Source: an uncultured delta proteobacterium
Lineage (GTDB): Bacteria; Desulfobacterota; Binatia; UBA9968
Assembly: GCA_963745835.1 (NCBI GenBank)
Contig: CAVUZH010000022.1
Coordinates: 1-64,000 of the forward strand
DNA length: 64,000 bases
Reading direction: 5' to 3'
The notes beneath the pieces were generated by a model. The model was not told the DNA's origin and made no database searches. It saw nothing but the letters and a program-made list of their open reading frames with translations. This document shows positions 1 through 12,169 of the stretch, piece after piece (positions within the stretch are counted from its first letter, which is position 1; the number at the start of each line of letters is the position of its first letter). A program made the position numbers and the translations under genes.

Positions 1-488
1 GGCCGCATCGCGGCAATCGCCGCGATCGTATCCGGCTACCTTCCGCGGGCCATTTCCATGTGTATTGTTGTGCGAAACCGATCTAGCACGTTGAGGCCGC
101 GCACAACCCTGGATGAGGGCGCTTTCGCCTCGGGGAAATCCGGTTCGATGGTCGTGATCACCCCGGACATCATTAACCGGAGGTTCTCTTGGTAACCCAT
201 CCAGAGCGCCAGTTCGTTCCCCGGTTCAAAAAGCGCGGCAAAATCGGCTTCAGGCGTTTTCGCTTGCGGCTTATCCGGCATACCGAGATACTTCACTTGC
301 TTCTTGTCGGCATCCCAGTTGTTAACCGTTAGCGTGAAAGAATCGACCTTTTCGATGCTGTCCTCATAGCTGACTTCGATCACGTCACGGACAACGTTTC
401 GCGGCATAGGATTGCCGACGCACCTGGATCTCGAAGTATGGCGCGAAAAAGTTTTCTTTTTCCTTGTAGGAATAGGCTCCGTCGTCAT
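1..488 (-). CDS. eCIS late-control-D / baseplate hub (VgrG N-terminal-like) protein, 5' part, frameshifted, runs off window edge
   Basis: ORF 36..488 has VVRDVIEVSYEDSIEKVDSFTLTVNNWD...LFEPGNELALWMGY...MMSGVITTIEPDFP, typical of CIS gpD-like proteins. The N-terminal YKEKENFFAPYFEIQV lies in another frame (385..579), implying indels. Position after the LysM tube gene fits eCIS order. Confidence 0.8.
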
Positions 489-491
489 GGC

Positions 492-1195
492 TCAGACCTT
501 CCGAGGCAGCTCGAGCACGGCTCCGATTTCCAGCACCAGCGGTTCCGTAATATTGTTGTGGTCGGCGACAACGCGCCAATCTTCCGGATCACCGTAAGCC
601 TGCCAGGCAATGGCGGGAAGCGTATCGCCGCGTCGGACAATGCGGGTTTTCGTGTGGTCGGCAGACTGTAGTTTCAACTCGGCAATTTGATCGCTGAGCG
701 TCTTATACTCTTTCAGCGACACCGAAAGTGTTGCCCGCAAGGGCACGCCTTTGGGGCTAAAGAACGTAAACCGCTGCTTGACGCTCTCCACGACGCATTT
801 AAAACCGTGCCGCCCCTGCCCACCAAGGGTGAGGTAGTTTCGATGGCCTGGAAAGTCTCATCCCCCCAACTAAACAAGAGCACGGCGGGAGCATGGGTAC
901 CGCTTTCAATTTTGATCAACTGATAGAACTCGTCGGTTTGCTTGGTGACGGATTCAGCCGATATCGTCAGTGCCTTTTCAGTCGAGTCGAAGAAAAGTTC
1001 CAGGGCCAGCGTTTCGCTCTGCCCGCGGACGAATTGCACGATCGGCGAATCCAGGCCGGGAATCGGCACTTCCGCAAAAAGCGATGCTTTGGTCAGGGTG
1101 TATTCGCCGGGGTTGTACTGCACTCTGAGAGGCTTTCCTACGGGAGTGCCCTCGGCGTTCAATCGTTGAAACTGCGCATGCCGTATCGTTAGCAT
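492..1195 (-). CDS. eCIS tube-initiator protein with C-terminal LysM (Afp7-like), split by one frameshift near 790-810
   Basis: 713..1195 gives VQYNPGEYTLTK...IPGLDSPIVQFVRGQSETLALELFFDS...PAVLLFSWG. 492..791 gives ESVKQRFTFFSPKGVPLRATLSVSLKEY plus LysM IVRRGDTLPAIAWQAYGDPEDWRVVADHNNI. Confidence 0.88.
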
Positions 1196-1382
1196 CTCTA
1201 ATCGGCTCCCAGAATGCTTTGCTTGTAGTCACGGTCGAGACTAGCCTGGGTTTCCAATGCATGGGCACCTTCAATCGCGCGATAACCGCGACAATGATTT
1301 GTTCCAGAACGCGGGGATCAAGAAAGGTTTTGCTATCGACGACGTTTACGACGCTTTCCATTTCGCCGATTTCAACATCCAT
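1196..1382 (-). CDS. small eCIS protein (Afp6-position), 3' end uncertain
   Basis: ATG at 1382 gives MDVEIGEMESVVNVVDSKTFLDPRVLEQIIVAVIARL, a short motif of the kind found between tube and LysM genes in eCIS loci. The frame runs on into the next gene, suggesting an indel. Confidence 0.6.
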
Positions 1383-1393
1383 AAGCGTTTCCC

Positions 1394-1915
1394 CTAACTG
1401 AAAAGGCTTTTTAGAGCGTCCACCACTTCCCGAGTGCCCGGTGATTGCATACGGAACCCTTCGTGAGAAATCTCCAGTTCCTCGACTGCGATTTGACCGG
1501 TCAATGCATTCATGGCCGGACCCGTCCAACGCACAGGCAGGCCGCGAGTAAAGCGCCAGATCCGTACCGGTTTGCCGTCATCGCTGAGTAGGCTGATCGT
1601 TCCGTCCCGCCGTTTGCCTCGCCCTTCGACGAACCCGAAATGCCATAGCCAAAGGTCTTGATTGAACGTGATGCCGCGGCGGAGCTTGATATTGCCGTGG
1701 GTCACTCGAGCGGGAAATTTGAGCACGCCACCGTTGCGGCCGCCTTCGCGGTATTCTTCGGCGGGCATCGTCATTTCGAGGCCACTGCACTCGAGAAATC
1801 CGGCGGCAGGAGCCAGCCCGGTCGTCAGTGCAATGGAGGTTGTTGCCGCCTTTGAATCCAGCAGCGAAACCTGGAAATTGTATCCTCGAACCGGATCTTC
1901 CCGCTTACCTACCAT
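1394..1915 (-). CDS. phage tail tube protein (T4 gp19 family, Afp5-like)
   Basis: MVGKREDPVRGYNFQV...GFLECSGLE...EYREGG...NIKLRRGI...LWLW...RRDGTISLL...WRFTRGLPVRWTGPAMNA...AVEELEISHEG is the gp19 signature. Confidence 0.93.
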   Translation of the reverse strand: MVGKREDPVRGYNFQVSLLDSKAATTSIALTTGLAPAAGFLECSGLEMTMPAEEYREGGRNGGVLKFPARVTHGNIKLRRGITFNQDLWLWHFGFVEGRGKRRDGTISLLSDDGKPVRIWRFTRGLPVRWTGPAMNALTGQIAVEELEISHEGFRMQSPGTREVVDALKSLFS

Positions 1916-4238
1916 ACGGCCGCGCGTCCCTTTCCTCGATCTCGAAACTGTCTTCGATTCGGCCGATGCGAATGACCACGAACTCAGCGGGCCGGACCGG
2001 CGCCACCCCGATCTCGATAAGCAGCTTTCCCAGATCCATCTCGGCGGGTGGGTTGTTTTCTTCGTCGCACCGGACATAAAAGGCTTCTTCTGCTGTCCGG
2101 CCAACTAACGCTCCGGCTTCCCACAAGCCTTCGAGGAACACGGTCACCGACGCCGTAATATCGCTGCGCAATTGCCGGTTATTCGGTTGAAACACTGCCC
2201 AGGCGAGCGAGTCTTCGAGCCCCTCCTCGATGAGTGACATCAGCCTGCGGACGTTTACATATCTCCACTCTGAATCGCTGGAGATCGTACGAGCCCCCCA
2301 TACTCTAAAGCCTCGACCGGGCAACTCGCGAAGGCAATTGATGCCCAGCGGATTCAGAATTTCCTGCTGCGCTTCGGAAACCTCCTCAACCGCACCGAGC
2401 GCGAATCGGATCAACCGATTTGCCGGCGCGTGATGAACACCAAGTTCGAGATCGACCCCGGCGTAAATGCCGGCGACGGCACCGCTCGCCGGTACGCGGC
2501 GCACCGGGCGGTTTTCCACCCGAAGCGGATCCGGAACGAGAATCCAGGGGTGGTACAGCGCGCCGAATTTACTGTCGAATCGGTGTCGCCAACTCTGAAC
2601 TTGAGAGAAAGAATTGGTCCGCGGCGGCGGGCGCATCCAAAACTGCGAAGCGATCCATTTTTTTTTCGCACTGCAAAAGCATTGCTTGCTGTACGCGCTC
2701 AATTTCATCGAGCGCTAAGGTGGGAGCTTGTTCGGCAAGCACCGATTGTGGCGGCGGCGCTGGTGGTAATAGCGGAGGATCGAGGCGGCACGGGTCTGGA
2801 ACGGGCTCGGGCCGGGAGGCTGAGAGCACAGGGGGCCGGGACTCGATCATGAGATCCGGTGCCGCAAGAATTGCGATTTCGTCTACGTCGCGTTCAACGG
2901 CGAGCGCATCGAGGAATTGTCGGGCGCGAATGGCGGCAATGCCGTCGCGACCGCCGGCCAAACGAGCGGTTGCGCCAGTGAGATTGGCCGCCTCCACATC
3001 CGGCAGGCGCTGTTCGGGAGTGCCGGGATTGGGCAGGACGTCCACTTCAATCAGACGGCTCGCTCGCGCCACGGCCGCCGTCACGTAGTGGTCCAGGTCC
3101 TCAGCAATCAAAGTCAGGTCATCATGGATTTCGCGCAGCGTGCCATCGAGAGCAACACTTAACGTGAACTCCAGACTCTCAACCGTGATCGGCCGACTGC
3201 CATTGGCAGCGTCCGCCAGAACAAAAGCAATCGGCAAAGGCGCGGTCCAACTTATAGACTGTCGTGCCGGTTGACGTTATCCAGAAGCCGGAACGCCGGG
3301 GCTATCACACCGGGTTGGAAAATTCTGACGAGTTGATGGGCCCGAAATCCAGTGACGCTACCGACAACTAAACTCGTAGCACTAGCCGGCTGGGTTTTCG
3401 CGAGAGTGCGGGTTGCGAATCGCGAGGACCGGCCAACGCGTACGGTGAGTCTATTTCCCCAACTGCCTTCCTCAATAGCTCGCAGCCGCAAAGTGGCTTT
3501 GGATGTGCCATCATATAGTTGGACCTGGGCTTTCGACGCGCCAGTTGCAATATCGACGGGCGCCAGAAGATCATATTCGGCCGCAATCGGGCTTTCCCAT
3601 GAAACGGTGGTGCCTGCAACACTCGATACGCGCTGCGCTGTTCGATGTACCACCAGGAGCGTGATCGGTGCAGCGAGATTGAACCCGGCATCGATAGCTT
3701 TGTCCCATGTGAGCGTGTTTACGCTCACATCGCGCGCCTTCACATGACGGAAGCTTCGCAGCGCCGCCTGACGGAACTCTACCAGAGCGCGAGGCGGAAA
3801 CGCTGATGCGTCGAGAACTACGGACGACATGCGGTCCGCGGGTTGTGGCCCGGTGCTCTGCGTCTGGCGGATCTGCGTCAACGTCGCAACTGCGCCGCGC
3901 ACCAGTCCTTCGGCCAAAGCAACGTTGGAAGACAAACGATCGGCGGGTTGTGGTCCGGTGATCTGCGTTGCTCGTTCCGGCGCCGCAATGCGCACGATCC
4001 AGCAGATCGCGCCGCCGTTTTCAAAGAAGGCCTTGACCGAATAGGCGAGAAACGATGTGCTCTGGAAATCCCCGTAACGGGCCCGAAAATGTTCCCATCC
4101 GGTAACCCGAACAGGGTTGCCAACCGGACCACGCTCCGCCATTCCGGGGAAGAACGCAATGTCGGTTCGGAGCGGAGCAATGGCTGGAGCCGCTGCCGCC
4201 TCCTGGAAATAGAGTCCGGGCGCGAGAAATTCAGCCAT
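1905..4238 (-). CDS. contractile tail sheath protein 2 (Afp2/3/4-like), split into three ORF pieces
   Basis: N-term MAEFLAPGLYFQE...AFFPGMAERGPVGNPVRVTGW...LAYSVKAFFENGG (3252..4238). Middle EIAILAAPD...DRFAVLDAP (2569..3237). C-term GALYHPW...GVHHAPAN...VWGARTISSDSEWRYVNVRR...IGVAPVRPAEFVVIRI (1905..2708). Confidence 0.93.
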
Positions 4239-4678
4239 CAGACCATCACCACCCGCTCGACGGCGAGCTCTATCGTTTCGATGGCGACGTCATTGGCAGT
4301 CGCATTAAATGTCGGCCCTTCCCACTTGGTGATCCATGCGGCTTCAAAGTTCCAGCGCTGGACCGGATTCTGTTCTTCATCCGTAAGAATCACCGCTCCA
4401 TTCCTTCTGTCGTTCGGGTCGCCGTCCAGCGTCTGCTTGTACCAGTTGAACAACTCCTTGTTATTCGTGATTCCCTTTCTGCAAACGATGTTCGCGAACT
4501 TCCGGATTCCGTGAAGCTTGCGCGGATGGAGTTGCTTGTCCGTACCTTCCCGGTACTCCACCACGTCGGTGGTAAAGCTGAGCCCGCTCACCTCCCGAAA
4601 ACCGGCCACGCTTATGCCGCTGAATTCAACCCGGAAGTTGAATCCACGAGTGGGATCTACTCTGTCTCCAGTCGCCAT
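4238..4678 (-). CDS. phage tail tube protein (T4 gp19 family, Afp1-like major tube)
   Basis: Intact ORF: DPTRGFNFRVEF...FREVSGL...EYREG...RRNGAVILTD...WNFEAAWITKWEGPTFNATANDVAIETIELAVE. RBS GAGGAG upstream. Confidence 0.96.
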   Translation of the reverse strand: MATGDRVDPTRGFNFRVEFSGISVAGFREVSGLSFTTDVVEYREGTDKQLHPRKLHGIRKFANIVCRKGITNNKELFNWYKQTLDGDPNDRRNGAVILTDEEQNPVQRWNFEAAWITKWEGPTFNATANDVAIETIELAVERVVMV

Positions 4679-4717
4679 TTTTCATCTCCTCAATTCTGGC
4701 AGTCGCTGATCGGTCCT

Positions 4718-6817
4718 TTAGAGTTCCGTTACTTCACTCCCGCCGTGCCATTGGCCGATGCGAATGATCACAAACTCCGCCGGCTTGACCGGCGCAACCC
4801 CGATGATCATGATGAGCCGGCCATTATCGATGTCGTCCTGGGTCATCGTGGTTCGATCCACTCTCACAAAGTAAGCTAGTTCCGGTTTCGCCCCCTGCAA
4901 AGCTCCGTCGCGCCAGAGCCGGCTGAGGAAGTTTTCCACGCTCTGCTCCACCCGCGCCCAAAGCGGTTCGTCGTTGGGGGGAAGAAAAACAACCCATTGG
5001 GTCCCCTTCCTCCAAGGACTCTTCCATAAAGATGAATAACCGCCGGACTGGAACGTACTTCCATTCCGTATCCGAGGTGAGACAGCGCGCGCCCCAAACA
5101 CGAATGCCGCGCCCATCCGAACGAAAATCCCGGATTACGTCTACATTTTTGGGATTTAAAATGTCGTGGTTCTCTTTGTTGACGATCAGTTCGAGGTCCA
5201 AGATGCCGCGCACCACTTGATTTGCAGGCGCAAAGTGAACGCCGAGTTCAATATCGGTCCTTGCATAGATGCCTGCCATGTGGCCGCTGGGGGAATCGCC
5301 ACGGTGGCATTTCCCAGCGGGTCATTTGGATCAGTGACGACGAGCCGCGGGTAATAAAGAGCGGCGTATTTTGTGTCGTAAAGAGCACGCTGGCTCAAAA
5401 CGTTATTAGGCTGTGGGGCTGGATTGCCGGCCAGCGGCAGCCGGATCGAGAATTGCGAAGCGGTCCTTAAGCCGTTCACATTGCTCGATGAGTGCGTTCT
5501 GTACCAACTGGTCGGTCGCGCCGGGCGGCAATGATACTGATCTGGTCGATGTCCTCCAATGCCTTGATGCCTGTGTGAAGTCCTGTGGTCGTAGTCGTTC
5601 CACGATAGTCTGCAGCCGCCGGCGCATTTCCGTCGCTGCCGCCGGTCCCAAGCACGATCCGCAGACCATCCGCGCCGGACGGAATAAGAAAAGGATGCCG
5701 CAGGCCGGCAGCTGGGGCCGCAGGCCAGCTTACCGCGATTAAATCCGATCCATTGTTGATCACGTCGACGAAGTATTTTCCGGTCACTTGTTCCAGCGTT
5801 AACCCGCTGAGTTGCTCGACGACGCCTTCGTAGCTCACCGAAACACGAAACTCGCACACGCTAACGACGGTTCCCGGCGGAATGTCCGCTAGAACAATCG
5901 ATTGACCCCAAACGGTAATTGCATTTCCATTGATGCGCGGATGCGGCGGAAGCGTTTGCCTCCGGGATCGCCAGCTCCACCCATGCATCAACGTAAAAGC
6001 CCGCCGTAGACTTCAATCGAAATGTAGATGTGTCGTTGCCATCCGCGAGGTGCGCATCGACTTCACTGCGTCCGCCCTCCTCGTGCGTAATTTGCACGAC
6101 AATATCTCTTCCCCAACTGCCTGGGTCGCTTGCCAATATAGTGAATGTTCCTGCGCGAGCATTCGTAATCGCCGCCAACGAGGTAACGGTGCCGGGATTG
6201 GCGCCGCCCGTGTTGATTCCATCGATGTTGGTCAGCACAGTCGTCCTCGAAGCTTCGAAAGAGACCGGAGCAGTTGGGCCACCTGGCGTAATCGTAAGCG
6301 CCGGAACGGTCACCTCGCCGGTTGCAGTATTCACGGCGCTCACGGTTACGTCATTGCTCGTGTAGGTGACACCGTCTTTCGTCATGATCAGGCGTATCAC
6401 CGTATTGTTTTGGATTCCCGAAGGGTCAGCGGGAAAATGCTTGTTCCCCGACGACCGCGTCCTGGCCGGCGCGGAGTCTGGTGATCAGTCCCCCCGTGGC
6501 TGCTGCAGATGCCGCGGTGGGAGCGCCGGCGCCGGATGCAACTACTCGCGATACGTACAACCGTTTTCCGCCGTTGGTGAAAAAGCCGTCCACCGCAAAT
6601 GGCATGTATCGGTGATTTAAAAACGAAGGACCAAAATCGAAGTAGCCGCCGAACAACCGCTGGAATTCAGGAAAACTCGTAACCAGGGTTGAGGACCTTC
6701 CGCCGGACCGCGGCGTGTCACGCCGGCGAATCCAGTAGTTGAGGTGCTTACCCCCTCAATGGTTTTTATTCCCTCTTGTTCCTCAACGTATACGCCGGGC
6801 GCCAAATACTCAGGCAT
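4718..6817 (-). CDS. contractile tail sheath protein 1, split by several frameshifts
   Basis: Pieces in different frames: MPEYLAPGVYVEE...TTGFAGVTRRGP, MPFAVDGFFTNGGKRLYVSRV, ASDPGSWGRDI, TGIKALEDIDQISII, QCERLKDRFAILD, YAALYYP, GIYARTD...APAN, VWGARCL...WKYVPVRR, IGVAPVKPAEFVIIRIGQ. Confidence 0.92.
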
Positions 6818-6844
6818 CGTCTCTCTCCTTTTCGCGTCTTGGCT

Positions 6845-7947
6845 TCAAATCAACCGGAAATCCATTGCATTGATTGCTTGGTTATAATTCACAACCCATG
6901 GCTCGGGTCTGTTGGGTGGGTATGCAAATCCTGTTGCTTCGACACCCACATGCACTGTGCTAACATCGCCGATCGCATCCAGCGCATAGTAACCGTCTGC
7001 GTCGGTCAGCGCGCCCGAACCATGAAACTCATCCAACAAACCAACTTCGCTGACACGGATTACATCCCCCGCCGGGTAATTCGCCATCAACAAGATCCCA
7101 TTGCCCGAATCTGCACGCTGCATTACCGCTTGCGAGGCACCTATACTGGCTCCAGCCACGAACAGGGATATGGGCGTCTTCGCCGGAAAGCTTCGACCCA
7201 TCGCCGTTTCCAACGTGACTTCGCCGGGAAGCGCAAGGTTCGCCGGCACGGGAGAAACCGAAAGAATCCGCGCGTATTCGCCGGATCGACTGTCGCGAAA
7301 CTGAACGATCTGGGTCGCCGCTAATCCGATACGGCTGTTTACGATGATGACCGCCGCGCCCCGCACAGCTTCTTGCTCTAGCATTCGCGCTGGCGGCGCG
7401 AGAATGACAGGCGTCAATGCGACGCCCTGCACGGATGCGGCTGCCGTGTGGGTCTGTTTCAGGTACGAACGCAGTGGAAACGGACGCGGAGCGGGCGGCG
7501 GACCGACAACAGGATCCATCGCAATCACCTTTCCGTCCGCGACGGGTAATGCCGTCGTCTTGGCTGTCACTCGTCCTTGCAACCGAACGGGAACTGGCCG
7601 CAAGGGCTGGATTCCCGCAACAATCGGCCATACCGGATTTGCAGGATCGTCACGCTCACCGTTTCGCTGCGATACCCCGCAATGCTCAAAGCGACAATAA
7701 ACGTATTTGCCACACTCAAGTCTTCGAAGGTTCGACCAGGATTACCGGCTACACACCAGAAGCCGTCTTCGAACACGCGCACGGTGATATTTTTCAAATC
7801 AGCGACATCTACTATTGGCCGGCCAGGAGCATTGCCGGTCAGTGCGTCGGCGACTCGGCCCCACGCCAGCACGCGAAACAACAAATGTGTATCTGTGATC
7901 ACTTTGTAGCGCCGCCCTTCGGCAATCACTTCGTGCGGTATTCCCAT
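6845..7947 (-). CDS. eCIS-associated protein with carboxypeptidase-regulatory-like (beta-sandwich) domain, frameshifted
   Basis: Fragments 7567..7947 (WGRVADALTG...ALSIAGY) and 6845..7603 (LQGRVT...ALTDADGYYAL...VEATGF...MDFRL). Sits between DUF4255 and sheath genes as in many eCIS loci. Confidence 0.65.
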
Positions 7948-7948
7948 A

Positions 7949-8536
7949 TCAGCCTACGATTTGGACAACTTCAGCATCGGCCAGCATTACCGGCGGCGAT
8001 TGCCTCGGCTGCTTCATGGATTCGATTTCTACAAATTGGAGGTGATAGCTCACCGAAAGCTGGTGATGCCCGCCGATCGCGTTCCAGATGCGCGTGAGTT
8101 CCTCGATAGATAGAGCCTCGAAATGAAGTCGAAGTTCGGATGGCAACACAGCCTCTAGACCAACAGGAATGTCCGCGCCGCGCAGGATCGAATGGTCATG
8201 AAATACCTGCATCACGCGCCCCATCAGTGCTTGCTCATCAGCGGGGCTTGTTGCGATGGGAGTCACGAGGTAATGCAGTTCGACGGGAAAGGGACGGCGC
8301 CTGACTTTGTCTGGAGGAATTCGCGTTTCCGGCTGATTTAACAGATCTGCGGACCTTGCCACTTGATATAGCCATAAAGACACCGCTGTTCTCACGGTTG
8401 CGTCTCGTAATTCCTGCGGAGTTCTAAGATCGATTGGCACACCCGACAAAGGCGCAATTGTTTCGTTCGTGATGAAACGCTCGAGCAACGCCCTCAGCGC
8501 GATGCTTGCCGCTGAAAAAGCAGTGAAATCACCCAA
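7949..8536 (-). CDS. DUF4255 / Pvc16 (Afp16) tail terminator-cap protein
   Basis: VSLWLYQV...PVELHYLVTP...EQALMGRVMQVFHDHSIL...LSIEELTRIWNA...LSVSY is the DUF4255 pattern. TTG start at 8536 follows a GAGGA RBS. Confidence 0.9.
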   Translation of the reverse strand: MGDFTAFSAASIALRALLERFITNETIAPLSGVPIDLRTPQELRDATVRTAVSLWLYQVARSADLLNQPETRIPPDKVRRRPFPVELHYLVTPIATSPADEQALMGRVMQVFHDHSILRGADIPVGLEAVLPSELRLHFEALSIEELTRIWNAIGGHHQLSVSYHLQFVEIESMKQPRQSPPVMLADAEVVQIVG

Positions 8537-8722
8537 GATCAATCCTCACTCAAAATTCCACGTATAGGTTCCGATCGTAGACGGCTGCCTAACTACATTT
8601 TCGAACGCCAGCTCCGTACTCTAGGAGACAGTTTTTAGCGGATGTTGCTTGGTTCTTTTGAGGTTTTTGAACTAGCGTCGGCCAACTGGATACTTCTCGG
8701 TCGTCGATTTGATTTTCGTGCA

Positions 8723-9001
8723 CTATTCATTGCGGCCATAATCTTTTTCGTACTCGTCGAGAGAATCACTCAAAATTTTTAATAAAGCCTTCCCATACGC
8801 CGGGCTCGTGATGATCCTGGTGTGTAGTTGTGGCTCTTCGTTCTCGGCATAACATTGGCCACAATCGATGATTAACTCGAATGCGTTATGACCAATCTTG
8901 AAATAGTTGGCATAGCGACCTTCTGGTGGATTCATCCGTTTGGCCGCTTCTCCGTTCAGAATCCATGCACTCCTCAAATAAACTTCCGTCATATCAGACA
9001 C
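8723..9001 (-). CDS. DUF3467-family small protein (start codon uncertain)
   Basis: EGRYANYFKIGHNAFELIIDCGQ...HTRIITSPAYGKALLKILSDSLDEYEKDYG matches the DUF3467 YAN..F...RI..SP..AK pattern. Confidence 0.8.
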   Translation of the reverse strand: MSDMTEVYLRSAWILNGEAAKRMNPPEGRYANYFKIGHNAFELIIDCGQCYAENEEPQLHTRIITSPAYGKALLKILSDSLDEYEKDYGRNE

Positions 9002-9043
9002 CGCGTGAATCTATTTACGCTGCGTCGTGGCGAGATGCTTAGC

Positions 9044-9057
9044 GCAAGCGAGGGCCA
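9044..9057 (-). promoter_or_regulatory. candidate sigma-54 (-24/-12) promoter for the eCIS operon
   Basis: Minus strand TTTTGGCCCTCGCTTGC has TGGC...TTGC just upstream of DUF3467. GG-to-GC spacing is 9 rather than 10, with a CCC run in an indel-rich region. Confidence 0.4.
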
Positions 9058-9140
9058 AAACGGATTTTATAGATTCAACTTCTAAACGGCTGAATGAAGA
9101 ACGGATTTACGCAGTCGCTGAGATTGGGTAAACGACTCGA

Positions 9141-9162
9141 GTGTAACAGCTCGATGATACAT
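9141..9162. promoter_or_regulatory. candidate upstream activator site (GTGTAAC-N8-GATACA)
   Basis: Imperfect palindrome about 90 bp upstream of the candidate sigma-54 promoter. Same left half-site as 9328 and 10827. Confidence 0.45.
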
Positions 9163-9327
9163 CGATGCATCCGATGCACCAACGAACACTCAATCGAACC
9201 GTGATTGGATCATACGTGAGAACGACGACGAGAGTCAATAATACTCGTAACGCTTTAAGAGGTTTCGAAGTGAAAGGTGAGTTTCGGCAGATCGTTAGAT
9301 ACGTTGAAGGTAACTACTGAACGATCA

Positions 9328-9342
9328 GTGTAACGATGATTG

Positions 9343-9348
<6 letters not shown>
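9328..9348. promoter_or_regulatory. perfect palindrome GTGTAAC-N7-GTTACAC, candidate activator binding site
   Basis: Seen directly. Overlaps the stop codon of the sigma-54 activator gene, upstream of the eCIS operon. Confidence 0.5.
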
Positions 9349-10399
<1,051 letters not shown>

Positions 10400-10696
10400 T
10401 TAAATGGCGTCGAAATCTGGAGACTTTCTCTCGTTCCAGACTCTGATTGAGGACTTGGCGCGGGAATTAAATGCTTGTCTGAATTTGTTGGCTGATTCAC
10501 CGGGGCCTCGTCATCTTACGTCGTATTTCATATTGCCCGACGCTGTAATCAAAGATGAGCGTGCCGGTTGTTTAGGCTTGCGGGTTAGCAGTTCCTTAAC
10601 CGCTAAACAATTTTTCACTTAGTACAGTCTTTATCACTGGGTCAAGCAGTTTTTGTCAATCATTAATAACTTTACGTGATCTTAACGTGCATTAAC

Positions 10697-10711
10697 GCAA
10701 GTGCGAGACCG
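10697..10711 (-). promoter_or_regulatory. candidate sigma-54 promoter upstream of the activator gene
   Basis: Minus strand CGGTCTCGCACTTGC has correct GG-N10-GC spacing and TTGC. A GTGTAAC box lies about 120 bp upstream (10827-10845). Confidence 0.35.
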
Positions 10712-10912
10712 AATTCGTAGAGTCGAGGGCGGGTCCGTTCAAAGCGTCGGAAAGTTCGGAATATTTCTACCGAGGATCCATTGTTCAAAAATTTTCAAAA
10801 AAGCGACAACTTGTAGACACACTGCCGTGTAACGAAAAGTATACAGAGGGAGGAGCACGCCCCATCTGATGGAGATTATGAGATCCCGAATCGGAGCGTG
10901 AAGCAGGTGTGG

Positions 10913-11101
10913 TTAGCGGCTGATCAAAAAGGTCGCAGCTGCAAGGCGCGCACAGATCGTCGCAAGCTCAGGGCAAGCGGTACAGACTTCTCTTAACGAC
11001 TATATCCGCTCGTGTTGAGCTGGTCGAACCAGAAGCGGGCAAGCGCATCTTCGACGATGCTCAGGAATCCGGTCAGTAGATGTGCCTTTTTCATCAGTCG
11101 G
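10913..11101. repeat. divergent composite copy of the CTAG-MITE family with an internal REP-like hairpin
   Basis: Ends CGGCTGATCAAAAAGG / CCTTTTTCATCAGTCG pair. GCAAGGCGCG is shared with the 20166 copy. Internal TCGCAAGCTCAG..GCGG / CCGCTCGTGTTGAGCTGGTCGA. Confidence 0.55.
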
Positions 11102-12169
11102 TCACATGCCGAAAATCTTCTGAAACTCGGTCATGTGTTGCTTCAACTGATTGCCGAACTCGGGGCCGACGACATAATCGGGCTCGCCCTGGAACTCTTT
11201 ATATTTTGCCGGTATGCCTTTCATCGCCACCCCTTTACCCAAATCCACAGCGAGAACCTTTTGCCCTTCCTCCGACAATGACCAATCCGTAAAGAGCAGA
11301 GCGGCGTGCGGGTGCGGCGCATTCTTGGCGACGAAAAATCCGTTTGGTTTGATGATCCTCGGCGGCAGCACGCTGAAGCCAAGCGGCGCGCCTTTGTCGC
11401 GCATCTCCGCGGTGGTTTCGGCGTTTACCGCGATCGCAATGGGGTGCTCACCGGCGGCGATCAATTGCGAAGTTAAAGTGGTGCCGCGCCTGAATATCAA
11501 ATCCTGCTTTGCTAACCTGGCCAGATAGTCGCGGGCTTTTTCTTTTCCCCAGACTTCTTCCATCGCCGCCATGATGAAAGCCGCCTCGGGGTCAAACATC
11601 ATTCTCCCTTTCCATTTGGGATCGAGAAGATCCTGATAGGTCTTCGGCGCTTCGCCGGGCTTGACCAGGTTGCGGTTGTAGACCAGGGCGGTGGTCAGCA
11701 TGTACATCGTGTACCAGTGCCCCTTCGGATCATAGGAGCCGCGCACGTAACGCTGCACATCAGGGGTGGTATACGGATGCGAAACGCCTTCCTTGATCAG
11801 GATCGTGCCGTAGCTGACATCGGTCATGACCACGTCAGTGATATTAGCTTTGCCGCGGTATTCGCTAACGGTTTTGTTGAGAATTCCCTGGCGCGGCGAA
11901 TAGTAATGTTTCAAATCGACGAATGGATAGCGCGCGCTGAAGGCTTTCTTTAACACCGCCACCTGATTGACCGGCGTGGTGGCGTAAAACATGATCTCTT
12001 TTTCTTCCTTGGCGCCTTTGATGAGCAGCGCTTCACGCTCGGCGCGACTCAGCTTCTCCACCCGGGTGGTCAGCTCCGGCAGAGTGATCGCCGGAGCGGC
12101 GTTGAGCGCGCTAAACAGAAATACGAAAACAGTAACGATGAACAAGCTTGATCTGATACGAGCCATCAT
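11102..12169 (-). CDS. ABC transporter substrate-binding protein (AfuA/iron-thiamine type)
   Basis: Signal peptide; GAKEEKEIMFY, LVYNRNLV, PKTYQDLLDPKWKG, APHPHAALLFTDWSLSEEGQ. Confidence 0.9.
   Translation of the reverse strand: MMARIRSSLFIVTVFVFLFSALNAAPAITLPELTTRVEKLSRAEREALLIKGAKEEKEIMFYATTPVNQVAVLKKAFSARYPFVDLKHYYSPRQGILNKTVSEYRGKANITDVVMTDVSYGTILIKEGVSHPYTTPDVQRYVRGSYDPKGHWYTMYMLTTALVYNRNLVKPGEAPKTYQDLLDPKWKGRMMFDPEAAFIMAAMEEVWGKEKARDYLARLAKQDLIFRRGTTLTSQLIAAGEHPIAIAVNAETTAEMRDKGAPLGFSVLPPRIIKPNGFFVAKNAPHPHAALLFTDWSLSEEGQKVLAVDLGKGVAMKGIPAKYKEFQGEPDYVVGPEFGNQLKQHMTEFQKIFGM

Noticed and set aside
492-7947. Programmed ribosomal frameshifting as the cause of split ORFs
   Set aside because: Breaks are too many and fall inside conserved domains; indel error or decay is simpler.
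1-8536. Prophage tail or T6SS
   Set aside because: No head, packaging or integrase genes and no Tss membrane components in view; DUF4255 plus paired sheaths and gp19 tubes fit eCIS better.
10404-10622. Small plus-strand ORF upstream of the activator
   Set aside because: AT-rich regulatory-looking region with no recognisable motif.
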